64,000 nucleotides of DNA from NCBI GenBank assembly GCA_913058395.1, contig CAJXQI010000002.1, forward strand, positions 1 through 64,000, in the 5' to 3' direction. Both the position numbers and the translations under genes were made by a program. Source of the stretch: an uncultured Colwellia sp. (lineage in GTDB: Bacteria > Pseudomonadota > Gammaproteobacteria > Enterobacterales > Alteromonadaceae). A model generated the notes under the pieces. That model ran no database searches and was not told where the DNA came from. It saw nothing but the letters and a program-made list of their open reading frames with translations. Positions 51,171 through 62,164 of this stretch are shown here, in pieces. Numbering within the stretch: the stretch's first letter is position 1; each line of letters starts with the position of its first letter.

Positions 51171-52625
51171 ATGCCTAGAAGAACCAAAATTGTTGCGACT
51201 TTAGGTCCAGCAACTGACGATAGAAAAATATTAAAAAAAGTACTTGCAGCAGGTGTAAATGTAGTTAGATTAAACTTCTCTCACGGCATTCCACAAGATC
51301 ATATTGATCGTGCGACAGCTGTTCGTGAAATTTCACAAGAACTTGGTATTTATGTCGGCATTTTAGGTGACTTACAAGGCCCAAAAATTCGCGTATCGAC
51401 CTTTAAAAATGGTCCTATTAAATTAGCCATTGGTGATAAGTTTGAGTTAGACGCTAACTTAGCAAAAGGCGAAGGTTGCCAAGAAAAAGTTGGTATTGAT
51501 TATAAAAAATTACCACAAGACGTTGTTGCTGGTGATATTTTATTACTCGACGATGGTCGTGTACAACTACGTGTACTTAAAACCGAAGGACAATCAGTTT
51601 TTACTGAAGTAACTGTTGGCGGACCTTTATCAAATAATAAAGGTATCAACCGTCAAGGTGGTGGTTTAACAGCTCCTGCGCTTACGGCAAAAGATAAAGA
51701 AGATATTAAACTTGCGGCGAAAATTGATGTTGATTTTCTTGCGGTATCTTTCCCGCGTGATGCTGCTGATATGCGCGAAGCCCGTTTACTTGCTCAAGAA
51801 GCCGGTTGTGATGCGCGTTTAGTGTCAAAAATCGAACGTGCTGAAGCAGTAAACGACGAGAAAATATTAGACGGCATTATTCTCGCGTCCGACGTTGTTA
51901 TGGTTGCTCGTGGTGATTTAGGCGTTGAAATTGGTGATGCTGCTTTAGTTGGCAAACAAAAACACATTATTGCTCGTAGCCGTCAATTAAACCGTGTGGT
52001 AATTACTGCTACTCAAATGATGGAAACCATGATTGAGCAACCAATGCCAACACGTGCAGAAGTAATGGATGTTGCCAATGCCGTACTCGATGGTACTGAT
52101 GCCGTGATGCTTTCTGCAGAAACAGCCGCGGGTAAATACCCTGTTGAAACGGTAACAGCTATGTCTGCAGTTTGTGTTGGTGCAGAAAAAGAAAGTTCGG
52201 TGATGACGTCAAAGCATCGTGTTGAAATGACTTTTGCTGAAGTGTCTGAAACCATTGCTATGTCGGCCATGTATGCAGCAAACCATTTAGATGGTGTTAA
52301 AGCGATTATTGCCTTAACTGAATCTGGCCATACAAGTAAAATCATGTCGCGTATATCTTCTGGTTTACCGATTTATTCATTATCTCGCCATGCCAAAACA
52401 TTAACTAAAACCGCTATTTACCGTGGTGTTTATCCTGTTTCGTTTGATTCTACTGGTATCGACAATGCTGAAACAATGGCACAAGACGTTTTAGTTGCAG
52501 TAGCAAAAGACTCTGAATTAAGTGTTGGTGATAAAGTCATGTTTACTCACGGCGACTTAATGGAAACAGTTGGCGCAACTAATACCTTAAAAGTGTTAAC
52601 GCTAACCAAAAAACACTTTGCTTAA
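51171..52625 (+). CDS. pykA: pyruvate kinase
   Basis: [12 protein letters not shown]; full-length PK similarity. Confidence 0.95.
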   Translation: MPRRTKIVATLGPATDDRKILKKVLAAGVNVVRLNFSHGIPQDHIDRATAVREISQELGIYVGILGDLQGPKIRVSTFKNGPIKLAIGDKFELDANLAKGEGCQEKVGIDYKKLPQDVVAGDILLLDDGRVQLRVLKTEGQSVFTEVTVGGPLSNNKGINRQGGGLTAPALTAKDKEDIKLAAKIDVDFLAVSFPRDAADMREARLLAQEAGCDARLVSKIERAEAVNDEKILDGIILASDVVMVARGDLGVEIGDAALVGKQKHIIARSRQLNRVVITATQMMETMIEQPMPTRAEVMDVANAVLDGTDAVMLSAETAAGKYPVETVTAMSAVCVGAEKESSVMTSKHRVEMTFAEVSETIAMSAMYAANHLDGVKAIIALTESGHTSKIMSRISSGLPIYSLSRHAKTLTKTAIYRGVYPVSFDSTGIDNAETMAQDVLVAVAKDSELSVGDKVMFTHGDLMETVGATNTLKVLTLTKKHFA

Positions 52626-52729
52626 TCGTTAAGTATCAAACGGTGTTTATTAAAAAGGTAGCTTGATGCTACCTTTTTTGTTGCCTATTGAAGTGCTATT
52701 AAGCCATGTTCATTAATATCAATTGTCGA

Positions 52730-53578
52730 TTATTCATCATCAGCTAGATAATCTAGATCACCAATCACCTTATTGAGCTTTTTATTAATACGTTTACGTT
52801 GTTTATCATTTGCATTAGTTGCCATATAGACAAATATTCTCGCAAACACTTGATTATTATGTGCAGTAATGGCGTTAAACTCTTCATCTCGTAAACTACG
52901 ACCATTGACAAACAAACGGTAGAACTCAAACTTAAACTGATGTTCAGGCAAATTACCATTTAGTAGCTCTGAAAATTGACTAGTCCAGCGCTGACGATAG
53001 TTTATCCAAGGCTGAAATGAACGCTTAAAGTGTAGACTCATGTCTGCTACTTCTGCTTTTTGCCTTTTGGTTAATTTTCCAAACCACTCTTTTAGTTGTT
53101 CTTGCTGCTCTTTCGCCCTTTCTTCAAGCCATTGTTGATTTGTTAAGTCTTCATGATCATCAAGTCTTTCTTGATTACCTTCACGTAATGCTTGTAGCAG
53201 TTGTTGTTTTTGCTCAGTATTCAAACTAAAAGCTAAAGGTTGTAACTTAGGCTCTGCAGCCATTAAAAAATTTTGCCAGTGCTGAACAAATGTTGCCAAG
53301 TTGTCAGTAATTTGTCTCTCGTCAACTGTGTCATTAATAGCTAGTTGTAAGGCTTTAAGCTGTTCACTATATAGTGGTAATTGTGTTTTTCGATGCCATA
53401 AATGTAATTTTTCGAACTCGCTATCAAAAAGTGTTTGCTGTTGTTTACTTAAGGTTACGTAATCATCTAAATACCAATTAGTCCACCAATCAAGATGGTT
53501 ATAGACAAAACGAAAGCTACAACCGGAGACTAAAACAGCTATGAATAGGCAAAGAAATGTTTGTTTTATTTTTATCAT
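52730..53578 (-). CDS. hypothetical lipoprotein
   Basis: Signal peptide with LVSGC lipobox. Confidence 0.5.
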   Translation of the reverse strand: MIKIKQTFLCLFIAVLVSGCSFRFVYNHLDWWTNWYLDDYVTLSKQQQTLFDSEFEKLHLWHRKTQLPLYSEQLKALQLAINDTVDERQITDNLATFVQHWQNFLMAAEPKLQPLAFSLNTEQKQQLLQALREGNQERLDDHEDLTNQQWLEERAKEQQEQLKEWFGKLTKRQKAEVADMSLHFKRSFQPWINYRQRWTSQFSELLNGNLPEHQFKFEFYRLFVNGRSLRDEEFNAITAHNNQVFARIFVYMATNANDKQRKRINKKLNKVIGDLDYLADDE

Positions 53579-53745
53579 GCAATACCACCCTATTTACTGC
53601 CAATTCAAATGATATAACTGACAATGATTGACCTACATTAAACTAAGCAAATTTTAATGCAAAAATATTTCACCTTAAGGTAAATGACTGTTAATTTTAA
53701 GTAAGGTTCCACATTAACTGCATTTGACAAGTAGATGGTACATTT

Positions 53746-54774
53746 ATGACTATTCAAAGGATTGGCATTTTAACCAGTGGTGGTGATGCGCCAGGCATGA
53801 ACGCCGCTATTAGAGCGATTGTTGTTGCCGCCCACCAATACAAAATAGAGGTATTTGGTTTTGTTGCTGGTTTTAATGGCTTAATTGAAGACAATTTTAT
53901 GCCACTGACCATTAAAAGCGTGGAAAATATTATTCACAAAGGGGGTACTATTTTAAAAAGTGCTCGCTGCCCAGCAATGCAAACACAGTTAGGGTTAGAG
54001 CAAGCCGCATCAACCTTATTGAAAAATAAAGTTGAAGCACTGATTGTTATTGGCGGTGATGGTTCATTTGCCGGTTTACTAGCGCTTAATCAGCACTGGT
54101 ACGGACAAGTGGTTGGCATTCCTGGCACTATCGATAATGATATTGATGGTACGGATTTCACCATCGGCTTTTCAACAGCCATTAATACCGCTATTGAGGC
54201 GATAGACAAAATACGCGATACCGCTGAAGCTTTTGAGCGTATTTTTATTGTGGAACTCATGGGGCGTCACAGCGGCCACATAACCTTTAATGTTGGTATA
54301 GCTTGTGCGGCTGAACAGGTTATTTCCTTTGAAAACTTCCCATCTCAAGGTAATGCCATCGACAATGAGGCAAGTAAGCTTGAAACACTTGCTAAAGAAA
54401 TTAAACAAGCACAAGCAGACCGACATGCGAGTTATATCATCGTTATTGCAGAAAATTTATGGCAAGGCGGTGCTTCAGCCCTAGCGCAACAATTACAAGC
54501 AGTAGCGAATATTGATTGCACCGCTTGTATTCTTGGTCATATCCAGCGTGGCGGTTCACCAGTTGCCAAAGACAGAATTTTAGCGACAAAAATGGGTGTG
54601 GCAGCAATACAGGCATTAATTGATGATAAAACAAATATTATGATTGCTGAATGTAATAACGCTATAAGTCATGTACCTTTAGCTGTTGCGATACAGCATC
54701 AACAAGGTGTGAGTGAAAGTTTGGTGCAAGCGCAAGCAAATATATTAGCATTAACCGCACAGCGCCAATGTTGA
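53746..54774 (+). CDS. pfkA: ATP-dependent 6-phosphofructokinase
   Basis: GILTSGGDAPGMNA, GGDGS and MGR motifs. Confidence 0.9.
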   Translation: MTIQRIGILTSGGDAPGMNAAIRAIVVAAHQYKIEVFGFVAGFNGLIEDNFMPLTIKSVENIIHKGGTILKSARCPAMQTQLGLEQAASTLLKNKVEALIVIGGDGSFAGLLALNQHWYGQVVGIPGTIDNDIDGTDFTIGFSTAINTAIEAIDKIRDTAEAFERIFIVELMGRHSGHITFNVGIACAAEQVISFENFPSQGNAIDNEASKLETLAKEIKQAQADRHASYIIVIAENLWQGGASALAQQLQAVANIDCTACILGHIQRGGSPVAKDRILATKMGVAAIQALIDDKTNIMIAECNNAISHVPLAVAIQHQQGVSESLVQAQANILALTAQRQC

Positions 54775-54787
54775 CTTAGCTTTGCGG

Positions 54788-55708
54788 CTAAATTGGTTTA
54801 TCAGCTAACTTAACTTGTTGTTGTGCAAAGAATTGGATTAAAAAATCAATGAGTAGACGTAGCTTCTTAGAGCTAGCCGCTCCAGGAGGAAAAACGCCAT
54901 AAACATTAATCGCTTTTAATTGGTAATCGTCTAACACTGATTGCAAACGTCCGGCTTTAATTTTTGGCCAAGCATCATAGATTGGAATACGCCCTAAACC
55001 TTGTCCGCCTTCAACAAAAGCGGTGCGCGCTGAGGCATTATTCGTTGCAATTGCACCTTTTACTTCAATGGTGTGAGAACGCCCCGCTTTTTCTAGTATC
55101 AGCTTGTTACTCGTTAGTTTATAGATAACCCACGTATGCTCAGCTAATTCACTCGGTTTTGTCGGTCTGCCGTAACGTTCAAAATAGTCAGGCGAACCGC
55201 ATAAACATGTTTCTAACACCGCTAGTTTTCTGGCTTGTAAGTTTGAATCTGCTAATGGTGCACCACGTATTGCCAAATCTATACCTTCTTTTACAATATT
55301 TACCACTTCATCCGTTAACATCAGGTCGAGTTCAATTTTAGGATACAGTTTTCGAAACTTATCTAATGCAGGTACGATGGAATGTAAACCAACACTGACC
55401 GGACAAGTAATTTTTAGCAGCCCTTCTGGCTCATTTTTAACATTTTCAATTTGTTGATTTGCTGCACTTGCTTGCTCGGCAATAATTCGACAACGCTGAT
55501 AATAGTCGCTACCTGCTTGTGTTAGCATAACTGAGCGCGTTGAACGATTTAATAGTGTGATGCCTAGCTGCTGTTCAAGTTTTTTAATGTGATAACTGAC
55601 AACAGCTCTTGAAAGCCCTATATGTTTAGCGGCTGCACTAAAACTGCCTTGTTCAACCACATGCGAAAAAACCACCATACTTTTTAACTGTTCAAAAGAA
55701 ATATCCAC
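54788..55708 (-). CDS. LysR-family transcriptional regulator
   Basis: N-terminal HTH FSAAAKHIGLSRAVVSYHIKKLE; LysR substrate-binding domain. Confidence 0.85.
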   Translation of the reverse strand: MDISFEQLKSMVVFSHVVEQGSFSAAAKHIGLSRAVVSYHIKKLEQQLGITLLNRSTRSVMLTQAGSDYYQRCRIIAEQASAANQQIENVKNEPEGLLKITCPVSVGLHSIVPALDKFRKLYPKIELDLMLTDEVVNIVKEGIDLAIRGAPLADSNLQARKLAVLETCLCGSPDYFERYGRPTKPSELAEHTWVIYKLTSNKLILEKAGRSHTIEVKGAIATNNASARTAFVEGGQGLGRIPIYDAWPKIKAGRLQSVLDDYQLKAINVYGVFPPGAASSKKLRLLIDFLIQFFAQQQVKLADKPI

Positions 55709-55918
55709 TAAATCACCTTTACTAAATCACCTTTACCAAAACAATTTTATTCAAAATAAACATTTGCACTCTATTGTATCAATAATTAGAACAAAGTTAT
55801 CAATTTAATCTGCATTGTATTGAATATGAATGAGCATATACTCTTTCCCATAGACTGAAGTCATCAAGCAATGACATCAATAAGTACGATAATAAAATTG
55901 CATAGGATAATTAAAATG

Positions 55919-56617
55919 AATGCGACAAAAAAACAAAACACGCAAGTATTAATGGTATTAACCTCGCACGATGAATTAGGTAATACTGGCGAAAAAACCG
56001 GCTTTTGGTTAGAAGAATTTGCAGCACCTTATTATCAATTAATTGATGCCGGTTTTACCGTAACATTGGCTTCGCCATTAGGCGGACAACCACCATTAGA
56101 TCCTAAAAGTGCAGAAGCAGACTTTCAAACTGATGCTACTCGCCGCTTTGAAAGTGACGAACAAAGCCAGCAAGTATTAGCAACAACGACAAAATTAAAC
56201 CTAATTGATGCTAATGAATACGCTGCAGTGTTCTATCCTGGCGGTCATGGTCCACTTTGGGATTTAACCGACGACCAAGACTCAAACAACTTGATCTCTG
56301 CATTTATCCAGCAAAACAAGCCTGTCGCAGTTGTTTGTCATGCCACAGCAGTATTACTTAAAGTAAAAGACAGTAACGGTACAGCAATAGTTAAAGGCAA
56401 AAAAATTGCAGGTTTCACTAACAGTGAAGAAGATGCAGTACAGCTAACGAACATCGTGCCATTTTTACTTGAAGATGAGTTAATTAAGCAAGGTGCTGAT
56501 TATCAAAAAGGTGAGGATTGGGCACCATTTGTCGTTGAAGATGGCTTAATCATCAGTGGTCAAAACCCCGCAAGCTCTAGCGAAGCAGCTAACCGTTTGA
56601 TCAACAAATTAGCGTAA
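55919..56617 (+). CDS. DJ-1/PfpI-family protein (type 1 glutamine amidotransferase-like)
   Basis: Family-typical N-terminus and conserved Cys (VVCHA); start placed at the internal Met. Confidence 0.75.
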   Translation, partial: NATKKQNTQVLMVLTSHDELGNTGEKTGFWLEEFAAPYYQLIDAGFTVTLASPLGGQPPLDPKSAEADFQTDATRRFESDEQSQQVLATTTKLNLIDANEYAAVFYPGGHGPLWDLTDDQDSNNLISAFIQQNKPVAVVCHATAVLLKVKDSNGTAIVKGKKIAGFTNSEEDAVQLTNIVPFLLEDELIKQGADYQKGEDWAPFVVEDGLIISGQNPASSSEAANRLINKLA

Positions 56618-56716
56618 AAATTAATACGAGAAAACAAATAATCTAGCAGGTAATCAATGATAGAAAGTTTATCTGCTAGGTTTGATTAACCATTAAGTCC
56701 TTATTCGGAAAGTTAA

Positions 56717-57796
56717 ATGACCTCAAATACCAATGTAACAACGTCATCAGCGTTACAACAAAATAAGCAAAAAAATCGCCAGTTCACCCTAGCTTCTCGC
56801 CCAGTTGGCGCACCAACGCCTGAGAACTTTAATTTAATTGATGTAGACATTCCAACACCGAGCCAAGGTGAAGTATTACTACGCACAGTATATTTGTCAT
56901 TAGACCCATATATGCGTGGCCGTATGAGTGATGCAAAATCATATGCTGAACCTGTCGCTATTGGTGAAGTAATGGTCGGCGGCGCAGTTTGTCGTGTTGA
57001 AACATCACTTAATGATAACTTCCAAGTTGGCGATTTAGTGGTTGCTTATACCGGCTGGCAAGATTACGCCATTTCAAATGGTGAAGAGTTATTAAAACTA
57101 CCTAAAGCTTTAACCTCGCCATCATACGCTCTTGGCGTATTAGGTATGCCAGGGTTAACGGCCTATATGGGCTTGCTTGATATTGGCTTACCTAAAGCAG
57201 GCGAAACGGTTGTTGTTGCGGCGGCAAGTGGCGCGGTAGGTAGTTTAGTCGGTCAAATTGCTAAATTACAAGGCTGCCGCGTTGTTGGTATTGCTGGTAG
57301 CGAAGAAAAGTGTCATTACGTGACAGACACTTTAGGTTTTGATGTCTGTGTTAACCATAAGAGTAGTGATTTAGCACAATTATTGGCTGAGCAATGCCCT
57401 AACGGCATTGATGTTTATTTCGAAAATGTTGGCGGCGCAGTATTTGACGCTGTAATGCCATTACTAAATGCCAGCGCGCGTGTACCTGTATGTGGCTTAA
57501 TTTCACAATACAATGCCACTGAGCTGCCAGCAGGACCAGATAGATTATCATCACTAATGGGATTATTACTGGTTAAGCGCATAAAAATGCAAGGTTTTAT
57601 CGTATTTGATGACTATGGTCATCGTTATAACGAATTTAGCCAAGCGATGGGCCAGTGGCTTGCTGAAGGTAAAATTATTCACCGTGAGGATAAGGTAATA
57701 GGTTTAGAGCAAACATCTAATGCTTTTATCGGCTTATTAAAAGGTGAAAACTTCGGTAAACTTGTGGTTGAAGTAGGTCCTTTAGAGTTAACTTAA
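56717..57796 (+). CDS. NADP-dependent medium-chain oxidoreductase (CurA/YncB/prostaglandin-reductase type)
   Basis: AASGAVGSLVGQIAK NADP-binding motif; MDR fold. Confidence 0.85.
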   Translation: MTSNTNVTTSSALQQNKQKNRQFTLASRPVGAPTPENFNLIDVDIPTPSQGEVLLRTVYLSLDPYMRGRMSDAKSYAEPVAIGEVMVGGAVCRVETSLNDNFQVGDLVVAYTGWQDYAISNGEELLKLPKALTSPSYALGVLGMPGLTAYMGLLDIGLPKAGETVVVAAASGAVGSLVGQIAKLQGCRVVGIAGSEEKCHYVTDTLGFDVCVNHKSSDLAQLLAEQCPNGIDVYFENVGGAVFDAVMPLLNASARVPVCGLISQYNATELPAGPDRLSSLMGLLLVKRIKMQGFIVFDDYGHRYNEFSQAMGQWLAEGKIIHREDKVIGLEQTSNAFIGLLKGENFGKLVVEVGPLELT

Positions 57797-57932
57797 TACT
57801 TTTTTAACCGTTAAGCGCTAATGCCAGAGACAAAAAAAGGTAAACACATTGTTTACCTTTTATATATTCATTTCATAATACTGAGATAGCACTGAGATAA
57901 CGCTACGGCACGAATGCTAAGCAACTAAACCG

Positions 57933-58757
57933 CTATGCAACTACAGCCTTCTTAACTTTATCTTTATAACTGCGGCTAACTTTCAATTCTTTGCCGTTAG
58001 ACATTACTAAATAGTACTCGCCATTAAGTTGGCTGCAAAATTTATCAATATAGTTCTTATTTACGATAGTAGAACGATGACTGCGTAAAAACTGTCGAGG
58101 GTCTAACACTTCTTCCAGCTGTTTCATGGTTTTACGTAAAATATGGGTATTACTTTGCGTATGCACACACATATAATCACCAGCAGCATCAATCCATAAA
58201 ATATCTTTTACCGGTACCCTACTAACTTCGCCGGCATCTTTAATCGCCAACACGTCAGAATAACTAGAAATACTCACGGGTTCATTATTGTCTAACTCTT
58301 GCAATATTTTGTCGCAATCATTACCCGTAACGTCGCTGACTAAACGCACAAGCTTAGACTTATGAATGGCGTTCACTTCACTACTAAGACTTTGTCTGAT
58401 TTTATCTAAAGTTTGCGCTAAGCGTTGTTCATCGGCAGGTTTAAGCAAGTAATCTTGTGCATGCACTTCAAATGCTTGCATGGCGTATTGATCAAAAGCG
58501 GTAACAAATACCACCATTGGTAGCTGTAAACCTTGTTCGATAATCGCTTCAACTACTTCAAAACCATTTAAACCAGGCATTTGAATGTCGAGAAAAATAA
58601 GATCAGGTTGATAAGCACGCACCGCTTCTAATGCCTCTCGGCCATTAGTACATTGTGCAATAATTTCGATGTCTTTATGATCTTCAAGACGAACCGCTAA
58701 GCCTTTTCTTGCTAGTGGTTCATCGTCAACAATTAACGTTGTGAGCTTTTTGCTCAT
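57933..58757 (-). CDS. LytTR-family two-component response regulator
   Basis: LIVDDEPLARKGL receiver domain; LytTR DNA-binding C-terminus. Confidence 0.85.
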   Translation of the reverse strand: MSKKLTTLIVDDEPLARKGLAVRLEDHKDIEIIAQCTNGREALEAVRAYQPDLIFLDIQMPGLNGFEVVEAIIEQGLQLPMVVFVTAFDQYAMQAFEVHAQDYLLKPADEQRLAQTLDKIRQSLSSEVNAIHKSKLVRLVSDVTGNDCDKILQELDNNEPVSISSYSDVLAIKDAGEVSRVPVKDILWIDAAGDYMCVHTQSNTHILRKTMKQLEEVLDPRQFLRSHRSTIVNKNYIDKFCSQLNGEYYLVMSNGKELKVSRSYKDKVKKAVVA

Positions 58758-59827
58758 ACCTTGCTTCCAATGTCGTATGGCATTCGTATACTGATTTTAA
58801 CACCAGTTGGTATATTGTTGGCAACAACTAATGAAAAATCATTCTGATACAGGGCTTGTAGTCGTTCACGCGTATTCACTAAACCAACACCGTTTTCTCT
58901 GAATAGGTTGCCATTACTTATTTCTGCGCCGGGACCATTATCAGACAGTTCAACAAGTAGGTCATTACCAAAACGCTGTACAGATACGTTAATTTCTCCA
59001 CCTTGTTCTTGCACGGCAATAGCGTGTTTAATCGAGTTTTCCGCTAAAGGCTGTAAAATCATGCTTGGTACCAGTGCTAAATTACAATCAGAGGCAATAT
59101 TAAAACTAACTTGTAAGCGCTCTTCAAAACGTACTTTTTCAATATCCAAATACAGCCTTAAAGCATGGAGTTCACTATCAAGTGTTACCTTCTTCATTGG
59201 ATCTTTATCTAACGAATAGCGTAAAAATTCACTTAACTTAGTAACCATACCATTCGCTGTTTTGTTTTCTTTAACTAAGATCAGCGTTGATATTGCATTT
59301 AAGGTGTTAAACAAGAAATGAGGGTTTAGCTGATAACGCAGCATTTTTAACTGCGCTTGATGCGCTACGGTATTAGCACGTAATACATTTTGTTTTTCTT
59401 TTTGCAGCATTTGATAATATTTAGTACCAAAATACAGACCACTCCAGCTAAGAATGATGAAAAAAGACAATAAGCTATTTTTGGTGTAGTACAAAAGAAA
59501 ATCAGGGCGATAACCGTGTTTATAAATTTCCCAGTAATTTATATTCTTGATTATTTGCCAAAACACACCGGTACAATATGAAGTAAGAATCACTACGATA
59601 GCAATTTTTAGTGGCGTAAAATTCCAGATGCGACGATAGATATATCTAAGCGGAATGGTGAACAACCAACCTGCGTAAGCATTAAGTAAAATAATTACTA
59701 AAAAGATATCGCGTAAATCATGTAGCAATGAACCTAGGTAATGTACCAAGGCAAAACCACACCAGCCAGCGGTATGCACCAACCAGAATAAGCGATTTCT
59801 ATTTTCTATAAATTCTTTCCAATTCAC
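58754..59827 (-). CDS. LytS/YehU-type sensor histidine kinase
   Basis: Multi-TM N-terminus; His_kinase (LNPHFLFNTLN) and HATPase domains; 4-nt overlap with the response regulator. Confidence 0.85.
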   Translation of the reverse strand: MNWKEFIENRNRLFWLVHTAGWCGFALVHYLGSLLHDLRDIFLVIILLNAYAGWLFTIPLRYIYRRIWNFTPLKIAIVVILTSYCTGVFWQIIKNINYWEIYKHGYRPDFLLYYTKNSLLSFFIILSWSGLYFGTKYYQMLQKEKQNVLRANTVAHQAQLKMLRYQLNPHFLFNTLNAISTLILVKENKTANGMVTKLSEFLRYSLDKDPMKKVTLDSELHALRLYLDIEKVRFEERLQVSFNIASDCNLALVPSMILQPLAENSIKHAIAVQEQGGEINVSVQRFGNDLLVELSDNGPGAEISNGNLFRENGVGLVNTRERLQALYQNDFSLVVANNIPTGVKISIRMPYDIGSKV

Positions 59828-59922
59828 ACATGACAGCCATTAAACTCTATTAAGCTAATTATGCGCTATACAAGTCATTCTCGCACTACCACTAATCGTA
59901 AGATTTCAGCACCTTATCTCAT

Positions 59923-61044
59923 TTACTTTATGACAATATTTGTCTCAGGATGTTGCTTTACCAGTAATGAAAACTGTTTATTTGCTAGTTCCTTGTACTT
60001 TTCACTCTGAAAGTACTGATATTTAGAAAGATACCACAACCCATTAATAATTAAAGATAAAGCATAGTAACGCGTAACGCGATAAGTGGTAATGTTACGT
60101 GACAAAGTCATCATTTGTTCTAGATTGTCGACAATTTCAGTATGATTTCCTTGCTGATTATCAATATAAGTTTCACTGATACTTTGCCAGTATTGCTGAT
60201 TGCTTTGTTGATCAGAGTACTGTGCTATCACCCACTTAATTTTACTGTTTTCAATTTCATTAACTGCCATTAACATACCCAATTCATACTCAATCGGGGC
60301 GATGCAAGCGCATTCAAAATCAATCAATTGATAACGAAGAACAGCATCAGTAGTAGTGCTATTTTCTAGCTTAATCACGTTGCTGAAGTTTGCATCGCCA
60401 TGACAAAACACCTCATTACTTTGCCTTACTTCTGCTCTTATTTGCGCAAGATCTTGCAGTGCTGATTCAGCTGTTGTCATTAAACGATTAACTTCAGTTA
60501 ACGATATTTGCTGGTTTAAAACATCCGGTTGTTGACTTGATAGCTCTTGAAATAACTGCGAGATAATTTGCTCTATTTCTAAGCGAGGAAGAACTGAAGC
60601 AGAATGATTTACTAACGTATTAGCAGACTTGGAATTTGCGATTTGGCTATTTAGATTGCTAGAAGAAAAAGGCAAACGATGACATTTCGTCAGTAATGAT
60701 AATATAACCGTTAATTGTTCATCTTCACTAAGCTGAGTATTTTCCAATAGCTCGCCAGAGAGGAACTCACTGATCAACCAATCACCTTCAGCATAAACAA
60801 GCTTGGGAGCAACATCACTATCAGCTGCAAGCTTATTTGCTAAAATTTCAGTAGCACCACTTGTGATGTGCTTAGCAAAATACTGATGTTCATCAACCTG
60901 CACACGAAAACATGACTGACTTAGTCCTGAATCAATCACAGCTACACTGTTAATACTTCTATTGGCAAAACAAGGTAATAAACATAAGTCTTTTATAAGT
61001 GGCTTATATTGTTCATTAATACCTGAGGTTAAGTTAGTCACCAT
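59923..61044 (-). CDS. aminoglycoside-phosphotransferase-fold kinase (possible thiamin kinase ThiK-like)
   Basis: FCHGDANFSNVI and IDFE motifs (HGD..N, D of APH fold); genomic context with pnuC-like and ykoF-like genes. Confidence 0.55.
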   Translation of the reverse strand: MVTNLTSGINEQYKPLIKDLCLLPCFANRSINSVAVIDSGLSQSCFRVQVDEHQYFAKHITSGATEILANKLAADSDVAPKLVYAEGDWLISEFLSGELLENTQLSEDEQLTVILSLLTKCHRLPFSSSNLNSQIANSKSANTLVNHSASVLPRLEIEQIISQLFQELSSQQPDVLNQQISLTEVNRLMTTAESALQDLAQIRAEVRQSNEVFCHGDANFSNVIKLENSTTTDAVLRYQLIDFECACIAPIEYELGMLMAVNEIENSKIKWVIAQYSDQQSNQQYWQSISETYIDNQQGNHTEIVDNLEQMMTLSRNITTYRVTRYYALSLIINGLWYLSKYQYFQSEKYKELANKQFSLLVKQHPETNIVIK

Positions 61045-61099
61045 TTCAGTACGTACTCATCAGTAACAGCATCGTAAGTAATACCATTAAACTTTTCTT

Positions 61100-61798
61100 T
61101 TAGCCGAAAACGGGCGAAATATCACTGTCGTTCACAGCGTTTTGTTTCTGCTGTAAATACAGTTTACGCCACTGCCAATAACCGTAACTTGCTAATATCA
61201 CATAACAAGCGAATAAAGCAGCTGTTGGAGTTAAGCCTTTCTCGATATAGAGATAGATTGAAACAACATCGATAACGACAAAGTAAAGCCAATTTTCTAA
61301 CACCTTTTGTGTTAATAGATAAGTCGCAAATATCGCAAATACGGTTGTCGCACTATCAAGATACGGAAAATGTGTTGGTGTATATGTCGCCATTAACCAA
61401 CCTAATACGATTGACAGTAATGATAGAGCAATAATCATGACGCTATGACGTTGCAGCGTCCATTGGCTATAAAGCAGTTCTTTACTGTTGATTCTGGACG
61501 CTGAAGTATCATTATTTTCGAGATTACTAGCAACAGCATTTTTACGCCAGCATAACCAACCATACGCCGCCATTAATAAATAATAGAGCTGTAATGCACT
61601 GTCCATCCATAAATATACATCATAAAAAATAACGGTATATAGCACCGTACTTAATATTGCTGCCGGCCAGCACCAAAGGTTACCTTTTGCTGCTAAAACT
61701 ACGTATAGCAGTGAAGCGACTACGGCGATTAGCTCTAATACCGGTAGTGTTGTGAAATAAGTAACAATTTCAGTGGTGGCACTGATTGAGTTTGCCAT
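61100..61798 (-). CDS. pnuC: PnuC-family nicotinamide riboside/thiamin transporter
   Basis: 7-TM protein; conserved Trp-rich helices; adjacent thiamin-related genes suggest the PnuT subtype. Confidence 0.6.
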   Translation of the reverse strand: MANSISATTEIVTYFTTLPVLELIAVVASLLYVVLAAKGNLWCWPAAILSTVLYTVIFYDVYLWMDSALQLYYLLMAAYGWLCWRKNAVASNLENNDTSASRINSKELLYSQWTLQRHSVMIIALSLLSIVLGWLMATYTPTHFPYLDSATTVFAIFATYLLTQKVLENWLYFVVIDVVSIYLYIEKGLTPTAALFACYVILASYGYWQWRKLYLQQKQNAVNDSDISPVFG

Positions 61799-62088
61799 TA
61801 CGACTCTGCTTCAACAACTGAGCGGTCACCGCCAATAAACTTACAAACAAATACTGCGGCATTTAAGGTTTGATGCACGTGCTTAATTTCAGCCATGACA
61901 TGACTTGTAGCTAAGTCATAATCACCAAAAACCTGTGTACTCATACCATTAGTAACAACATTTAGTCCTTCCACTAAACGTAAACGTTTAATAAAAGCCC
62001 AAATTTCAGTTTTAAATTTTTCTTCTGCAAGTGGATATAAACTAATTTCAATTGAGATTTTCATATCGATACTCTTGGTAAATTTCAT
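61798..62088 (-). CDS. YkoF/MTH1187-family thiamin-binding protein
   Basis: 96 aa; MKISIEISLYPL N-terminus typical of the YkoF family. Confidence 0.65.
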   Translation of the reverse strand: MKFTKSIDMKISIEISLYPLAEEKFKTEIWAFIKRLRLVEGLNVVTNGMSTQVFGDYDLATSHVMAEIKHVHQTLNAAVFVCKFIGGDRSVVEAES

Positions 62089-62164
62089 TTATTAATAAAG
62101 CACTTTATTCAATTGATATTACTCAAAGTCATTTGAGTAAAGTGCTGTTTAATGTTCTACGTTA